Source of the DNA: the human T2T-CHM13v2.0 reference genome, Homo sapiens
DNA: 64,000 nt
NCBI RefSeq assembly: GCF_009914755.1
Contig: NC_060933.1
Direction: 5' to 3' (one strand)
The notes below the pieces were generated by a model, which saw only the letters and a program-made list of their open reading frames with translations, was not told the origin of the DNA and searched no databases. Positions 1-64,000 of this stretch are shown here, in pieces. Every line of letters begins with the position of its first letter. The first letter of the stretch is position 1. A program made the position numbers and the translations under genes.

Positions 1-892
1 TATGTCTTGTCTGCTACCCTGTGTCACTGCTTCCTTTGAAGGCCTGAAAAACTTAGTTTCCCTATACTCTAGGCTCATCTCTGACTATGCTCCCCATTCC
101 CCATCAGATATCCTACTCTAGCCACACTGGACCATGCCCAGTTCCACAAATGAGCCATGTTCTTTCCTGACTCAAGGTCTCTGCACCTGAGTGTGGGGTG
201 CCTTTCCCACCACCCCAAAATGATCTCCTCCGACTCTGCATCTTTTTTCAGTCTCAGCTTATTTTGATTTATGTACATACTCTGAATTATTATTATTTGT
301 GGCACCTCTGCTATGTGCCGGGCCCATGGAATAGTCCTGGGAATGCAGCTATGAATGAAACAGTTGAAGTACCTGCTCTCTTGGAGCTTATATTCTGGTA
401 AGGAGAGACATTAAGTAAGTAATAAACAAACAAACAAACAAACAAACAAATCATGAAAATACCAGCTAGGGATAACGGCCCCTGCTTCTCAGTTTCCTTT
501 GCTGGATCTTCCTTATTACCCCAACCTCTAAATGTTGAACCACTCTATCTATACTTACCCTACAGGTGATCTCATCTACTTCCAAGGACTTAAAACTATA
601 TTTGCCTCAAAATAATTGAGAGAGAGGAGGTAATATCAATGAAACCAGATTACCCATGAATTAAGAATTACTGAAGTTGATGATGAGTACATGGGGTTTC
701 ATCATAAATTTTCCCTACTTCTGTAAATATTTGAAAATTACATGAGAAAAGAAAAAAGGGAAACATAAAGGAAATTTTCTGTTTAGAATACTATATAATA
801 AATGACTCCATATTTATATCTTCAACCTGGGCCTTTCTCCCAAACTACAAATTCATATACCCCACTGTGTGTGAATTTTACACTGTGTGTGA

Positions 893-1361
<469 letters not shown>

Positions 1362-1526
1362 AGCTTTGCTTTTGAAGTACAATCCAATCAGATCACTTTG
1401 CACCACCATCTTTACTACCACCCTAGTTCAAGCTACTATCATTTGCAGCTAGAATTACTGCAAAAGCTGAACTATCTTCCTCCTTTGGGAGCATGAGAAG
1501 TAACTATTAAAAAAATAAGTCAGACT

Positions 1527-1796
1527 GGCCCTGCACAGAGGCTCATGCCTGTAATCTCAGCACTTTGGGAGGCCAGGAGTTCAAGACCAGCCTGGCCAAC
1601 ATGGCGAAACCCCATCTCTACTAAAAATATACAAATTAGCCTGGTGTGGTGGCGCATGTCTGTAATTGCCGCTACTTGGGTGGCTAAGGCACAAGAATTG
1701 CCTGAACCTAAAAGGCAGAGGTTACAACGAGCCAAGACCGTGCCACTGCACTCCAGCCTGGGCAACAGAGCGAGACCCTGTCTCAAAAAAAAAAAA
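1527..1796 (+). mobile_element. Alu with left-arm deletion
   Basis: Alu consensus with A tail. Confidence 0.92.
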
Positions 1797-2322
1797 TCAT
1801 ACTCCAATGACTTCTCAATTCACTTGGATAATGTCCAAAGTCCTCACAGAGCACCTTCCCCCTACCTCTCTGATCTCATCTACCACTCTCCCGTTGCTCA
1901 CTACCTATGATGGCACTATTTGTGGGTATTCCTGAATGGGTCGTTAGAATATATCAGCGCCAAGAGAGCAGGGGTTTTCCTTTGTTCACCTCTACATCCT
2001 CAGCATTCAGAACTCTGCCTGGCACCTAGGAGGTGCTAAATGCTAATAAATATAATATTCGTTGAATGAAATAAAACAGTGATTGGGTAACCAAAGAAGG
2101 CCTCACTAAGGACCTGACATTTGAGCTGAGACCTAAGTGACCAAGAGCCAGCCACGCAGATTTAGAACCAGAGACCTTCAGGTAAAGGAAATAGTATAAG
2201 TTCCTAAAATAAGAACAAGCTTGACTTATTGTAAGAACAGAAAGAGTGGTTGGAGTACAGTGAGGAGAAGTAGAACCCCACAGGCCATGGCATGGAGTGT
2301 GCAATGGAAAGTCGTAGGAGAC

Positions 2323-2626
2323 TTTTTTTTTTTGACACGGTCTCACTTTGTTGCCCAGGCTGGAGTGCAGTGTGCGATCACCGCTCACTGCATTCTCGAC
2401 CTCCTGGGCTCAAGGGATCCTCCCACCTCGGCCCCCAACCCTCCCCTCGAGTAACTGGGACTACAGGCGCCAAACACTAGGCTCAGCTAATTTTTTTTTT
2501 TTTCCTGTAAAGACGGTGTTCGCCTTGTTGCCCAGGTGGGTCTTGAACTCCTAGGCTCAAGCGGATCCGCCCGCGTCGGCCTCCCATAAGTGTTAGGATT
2601 ACAAGCGTTAGCTACCCCGCCCGGCC
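2323..2626 (-). mobile_element. Alu (AluJ-like) with TSD GTCRTAGGAGACTTTT
   Basis: Alu consensus; TSD at 2311-2326 and 2627-2642. Confidence 0.92.
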
Positions 2627-3183
2627 GTCATAGGAGACTTTTAAACAAAGCAGTAACACGATCTGATTCTGGATTTGTGTTGAAAGCAGAGCAGGCAGGG
2701 TTTACAGATAATTGTTATGTAAAAAGAGGGAAAAGAGCTAAGAAAGACTCTAAATTTTTGGATTAAGCGGCCGACGGATGACGTCATTTACTGAAATGGG
2801 TAAGACCGAAGGAGAATTAGGCCGGGAGAGTGAAATTTCAGATGGCCATGGACAAAGCAGATAAGCCAGTATGGTGCTCATAAAGACATCAGGGGAGGGG
2901 ACGCTCACACACAGGCATATAGGTACCCAATAACCCTTGAAAACAGATTACTAAAACAATCATTTGTTCCTTCCTAAGCAAACAACTTAAGGAAAATGAC
3001 GGCCAGCCGGCAAGCCCGGAGCCGCACGCTCGCGTCAGGGCCGGCCTTTCCATACCAAGGGGCGGCACGTGCGGCACCGCCTCCCGCCCAGGCCCCACCC
3101 CGCATGCCGAGCTTGGCCCAACCTCTCCTCCCACTTTTCCCAAGGCGGCAAAAGCCGGAAAGTGGGAGTAGATGAGCACATAC

Positions 3184-3320
3184 CCGCCAGTCCTGATCCT
3201 TTCTAAGGTCTCTCTTCCCTGCACTGTCTCCGCCTAGCAATTGTCACTGCTCACCGCCCTCGAGCCTATTCCCCCGCCGCGTATTTGGGTAGAAAAGCTC
3301 GCTCGTGACGTCACCAAGCT
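3184..3320 (-). other. TSTD2: Probable non-coding first exon of TSTD2 (divergent gene; body lies left of the window)
   Basis: Minus-strand donor CGG|GTATGT at 3184|3183, with an alternative GCG|GTGAGC at 3255|3254. Gene identity comes from recalled synteny, not from coding sequence here; TSS is approximate. Confidence 0.5.
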
Positions 3321-3822
3321 CCGGAAGTCTCCTGGCGTCGGCGCAAGGGCCGCCGGGAAAACCATTGAGAGGCCACCGGGAAACCATTGAGAAGCCCCGG
3401 AGGACCGGCCTGAGCGGAGGCGGAGACTAGAGCGGCCGCCGGCACGACCCGCCTTCAGGCGTACGACGACCGCGGCCCGGGGGCTCTGAGTGGCCAAAGC
3501 GGCGGCACTTTCTGCGTGGCCCCGGAAGGACATAGAGCGGAAGGCGGGAGAAAGAAGTAGCCGGCAGGCGGAGGCAGCCCGAGGGGGCGGTTGCATGTGT
3601 GCCAGACGTTCGTAGCCCACTGAGCTTCCTCACGCCGGCTGTCGCAGCGCCTAGCCCCACCCGGCGGCCTCTCCTGCGCTTCCGGGGCCGTGGCGAGCTA
3701 GTGCGCCTGCGTGCCGGCCCATCCGCGCGCCTTGCAGCTGTCCTTGCGTCGGCCAGCGGCCAGACAGTTCCTGCAGCGCTTACCGCCTGGCCTCTCGGTT
3801 CCGCGGCGCACCGGAGGGCAGC

Positions 3823-41140
<37,318 letters not shown>

Positions 41141-42554
41141 GGGTCATTTTTTCCTCATGTCAAGGTTTTTTTTGATATCTTAAAATAATTTGTCTTATTT
41201 TTTGATGGTTTGAATGCTTGCTTTCTTGTAGTATCCTTTCACTTCTTAAAGGAAACAAAGGGGAAGAGGACAGTGAATGAACATGGCATTACTTTTAATT
41301 GCCCTGAAAAGCAAATACTTCCTAACGGCAGTAATGTGACTATGACCATGATATATTATATATGTGACAGATACAAATTCTCTGTGATCAGTTTGTTATT
41401 TTTTTTCTCCTTAAGGCACAAAATAATTGGTTTGAGGTATGTGAAACACTAGAGGTCAACCTTACATAGTATATAGAACTGATGGGTTTACCCAGCTACC
41501 CAGTAGCATAACTTTTCACAGCTCGGGGATGAATTAACATGGCTGAAATAAAACTAAAAGTATGGTTTTTAAACTTTGGCATTTCATGATTTATCATCTC
41601 ACTCTACTCTAAAACTGGTGGTTTCTTACTGAAGGTGTTCTCCATTTGAAATTTTATCTTCAAAGTATTTTTAAGTAGTATCTTTAAGACATGACTTGTT
41701 AGTAATAAAAGTGTTACTAGTTGGAAGAGTAGCTCTCAAATTTGTCTTAATGTAAATCACCTGGGAATCTTTCAAGTTATTTTGAAATTTAAACCACCGT
41801 CTGGGGGTGGAACGCAGACATCCTCAGTAATCCTTAAAGTTTCCCCAGGTGATTCCAGGTTTGGTCACCATTATCTTAGAGCATCTACTCACTTCCTCTA
41901 GCCTTGGGGTTATTTGTCCAAGGTCTTGTAGTGAGTTACAGAATACTAAAGTGGATGTAGAAGTGGTCAGATTGACTGAAACTATACCCTGAATTAGATG
42001 TGAGTTTAGATTTTGTTTATATGGAACCTGATCCAAAAAACTACGAAGTCCTGAGCTTGTTTCCTGTATAGTACTGATGCTGAAATAAGATGACAGCAGT
42101 TTGTAAAATAATACACAAATATGAGGAATTGTCTGACATTCCAAATTTCGAGGATTTTTAGACTTTTTTCATTAAACCTTAGAAAAAAATTACCAGTAAT
42201 CCTACAACTACTGGTAGTGTTGTTGTGCATTTGCACAAAATAGGTATAATTTTTTCTTATTACATCCCAAGTTTATGATGCATTAAGCGTTTTGCATATT
42301 TTGATATATTTTTGCTTTGGTTTACCATACATTTTAGTGGCTACAGAATGTAGTCTGCTTAATAAATGGGAATTCCTAGAATGTTTAAATACCATACTAT
42401 TTAAGACAAAATACAAAATATCCAGAAAAATCCAGGTTGCGTGGCTGGTTAGTAAAGGACTAAAACCCAGGTTCTTGGCTAAATGTTTTCGTTTATACTG
42501 TTTATCTTTCCCATTGCTTAAGCACAGCACAAACTATGTAATTATATATAATTA

Positions 42555-43248
<694 letters not shown>

Positions 43249-44849
43249 TAGTTTAAAATGACTCCTGTCTCAAAAAACCAAAGGATAACCTTTAAGGGAT
43301 TGGTAACTTTGACTCAAAACTGCTTTGTAATCTTTTCACAATGTACTGAAAAGTGTGGCTAGTTATGTTTGATCCACATTCTAGAGAAATTTGTAGGTTT
43401 TAATTTCTTTTCTCTTGGTCCTCTCTTCATGTATAATGGTTGCTTTTAACAGCTGTTCGCTGATGTGGTCCTGCTCTGTCCCAGTCTAGCAGCTTTAGTG
43501 TATGGAAAAATTGAACTAGGAATTGAGTTTTGAAGAAATAAAGGTGTAAGAGCAAACATTCAACAGTTGCTGTCCCCAGTAATGAAGTTCATACAGACAA
43601 AAGATGGCATGTCACTGTACATCATACCTTGCAATAAATATTCTGTTAAATTGTGCTGGTGCAATTTAACATGCTTTTGTCAAAGTAAACATACTGTTTT
43701 CCTAATTTATAACTGTACTTGAAAATGAAAGATGAGGAAGGGACCTTGCCAACCTATGTAGAGCAGGTTTAGCTGTTAGTGATTTCTGGATACCAGGATT
43801 GTCTTAAACTGGTAAGGGTGTAGAGGGTGAATAGAAGCATCCCTTAACTAGACAAATCTATTTTCTGTAACATAGTGGCCTTGGTAATACATGCTCATTA
43901 ACTAGTGGTTATTATGTGCCAGGTGCTATAGGTTCACCCTATTAACTACTTCAAACAGTCCTTTGAGATGATTATGCCCTCTTTACAGATAAAAACAGGT
44001 TTTGGAGTAATTTACCCACGGTCCACAGCTAGTAAGTGGAATTTGAACCTAGATCCAGTTGGCCCAAGAGCTCCTTCCCCGCCCCCATAATGCTCTTACA
44101 ACAACCTGAACCCCTAGTTATTCTGTTGTCATCATCTGTTGTCATCAAGCTGAAAGCTTTTTTCCCCAGAGACATCTTGCTGCCCATTCAGAATCAATTT
44201 TTACTAAGCTGTAATATTTAGCATAGCACGTATTAGTCATTGAGTGTGAAGGTGTTTAAAAAAAAATCAAACTTGAAAAATACACAAACATTTCTGTGTA
44301 GTCTGAATTATTTGGACATGACTTGTTTTGACTTAGCCTTTCTCCAAGCATAATCTCCATTAAAGAAAAAAAAATGGAAATGTTTAAACTTCCTATTCTA
44401 TTTGTACAGTAGGATAAAATGTCATGTCAAACAATTTGAAAATATCAGGTTATTTTAACTAACTGGAATTTGTTTTTGTCAAAAAATAATGCATAGACCC
44501 AATAATTCTTTTGACAAGCTACAGGAAAATTTCACTAAAGTTGATGCAGATGCCTGCGGTGATGTGAGACTTCACCTTCCTTTCCTTAGAAGTCTGAAAG
44601 CAGCATGGAAGCAAGCCTGGGACTAAATGAACATACTCCTAAGGCACTTAGGTGCATGCCTGGCACCTGGTTGGTAAATGCTCAGTAAATGTTAGCACTA
44701 CTTAAAATAAACATCAGTGCCTTCTTTGATCAACAATCAGATAGTCAACCATGAAAACAGCTCTTTTCCATTTTAATCCAGCATTTAAAAAGCTATCTAG
44801 ACTAATGTTAAGTCCCACAATAGAGGCCCCAAGAGTACAGAAAACATGA

Positions 44850-45379
44850 TCAGACTCGTACAACTCAATGTTTATTTCTGCTATTAGGGCTTTTTCCAGC
44901 AGTAGTTCCCCACTGTTTCCACCATCGTGGAGACAGAAATCGTCCTAAAAAACACATGACTAGAACCTGGGGTACAGTGGTGCACCACCATTGCTATTAT
45001 TTGTTTCTTGGTTAAGAATCCAGTTCAGCCTTTGTTGAACCCTTTTCCCTCTACCCCAATCTAGGGTTTGCCTTGGTATCTTGTCCTCAAATTTGTAGCT
45101 GACCTACCACTTCTGCACCTACTCTAGCACTCAGCTCCCATCTCTGTTGTAAGAAGGCAATCACAGACATGACATTGTGCACACAACCAGGCCAGGTGAC
45201 CTTCACTGAAACTTGCTTTTAAGCCATAACATACATAATTATTACTGAAGTATTACTTATACAAGGGTTTCATTCATCTATGAAGATGTTGCTTTTTTTT
45301 TTGAATTTTGAAAAGGACCAATCTAAATTTCCTTTATTTAAATATAAAATTCTATAAAACAGGTCACTGAACTAAAAAA
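44850..45379 (-). other. XPA: XPA 3'UTR and poly(A) signal
   Basis: TTTATT (AATAAA on minus) at 44871-44876 and 45333-45338; cleavage site inferred. Confidence 0.75.
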
Positions 45380-63722
<18,343 letters not shown>

Positions 63723-63799
63723 TCAACAATTGAAGTAGGTAAGCCTGTATGTTACCTTGTTCATAAATAGAAAATTCCTTTGAATTCAATATATCTCAA

Positions 63800-64000
63800 A
63801 CAACACAAGGATGTCCACAATCACTACTTCTATTCAACATTATACTGAAGGTCCCAGCTAGTCTAACAGAGCAAGAAAACCAAAAAGGCATAAAGGATGA
63901 AAAGAAAGAAGTAAAACAGCATCTATTCACAGATGATGTAATTATGTGTGTAAAATATCCACAAGAATCTACAATTAGAATTAAGAAATAACAACCTAGG
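63800..64000 (+). mobile_element. Degenerate L1 ORF2 (RT region) fragment
   Basis: CAAGGATGTCCAC...CTATTCAACATTATACTG...TATTCACAGATGAT. Confidence 0.7.

Overview
Eukaryotic (human/primate) genomic DNA, not prokaryotic. I recognise it as the TSTD2-NCBP1-XPA locus. The window holds a CpG-island bidirectional promoter (~2990-4150) and the complete 23-exon NCBP1/CBP80 gene on +. Its exons, joined by hand, give 2373 nt = 790 aa + stop (ATG 3823, TAA 41140), followed by a long 3'UTR. XPA coding exons 2-6 lie on the minus strand, converging tail-to-tail with NCBP1; XPA exon 1 is beyond the window. The rest is intronic repeat: about 20 Alus, Tigger1/2, MER, MLT1, L1/L2/MIR fragments and microsatellites. 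Almost all entries in the supplied ORF track are Alu-derived or incidental. I see no evidence for a new multi-gene system. The best second-look items are RNA-level: (1) a U12-type intron in NCBP1 plus a second intron with hybrid U12/U2 signals; (2) a tailless tRNA-Lys(CTT) 5'-half retrocopy with a perfect 15-bp target-site duplication; (3) candidate poison exons in both NCBP1 and XPA; (4) a hairpin cluster abutting the exon 5 donor; (5) a Tigger2-TIR/Alu cassette in the 3'UTR; (6) several unexplained local duplications. Repeat-family calls and repeat boundaries were made by eye and are approximate.
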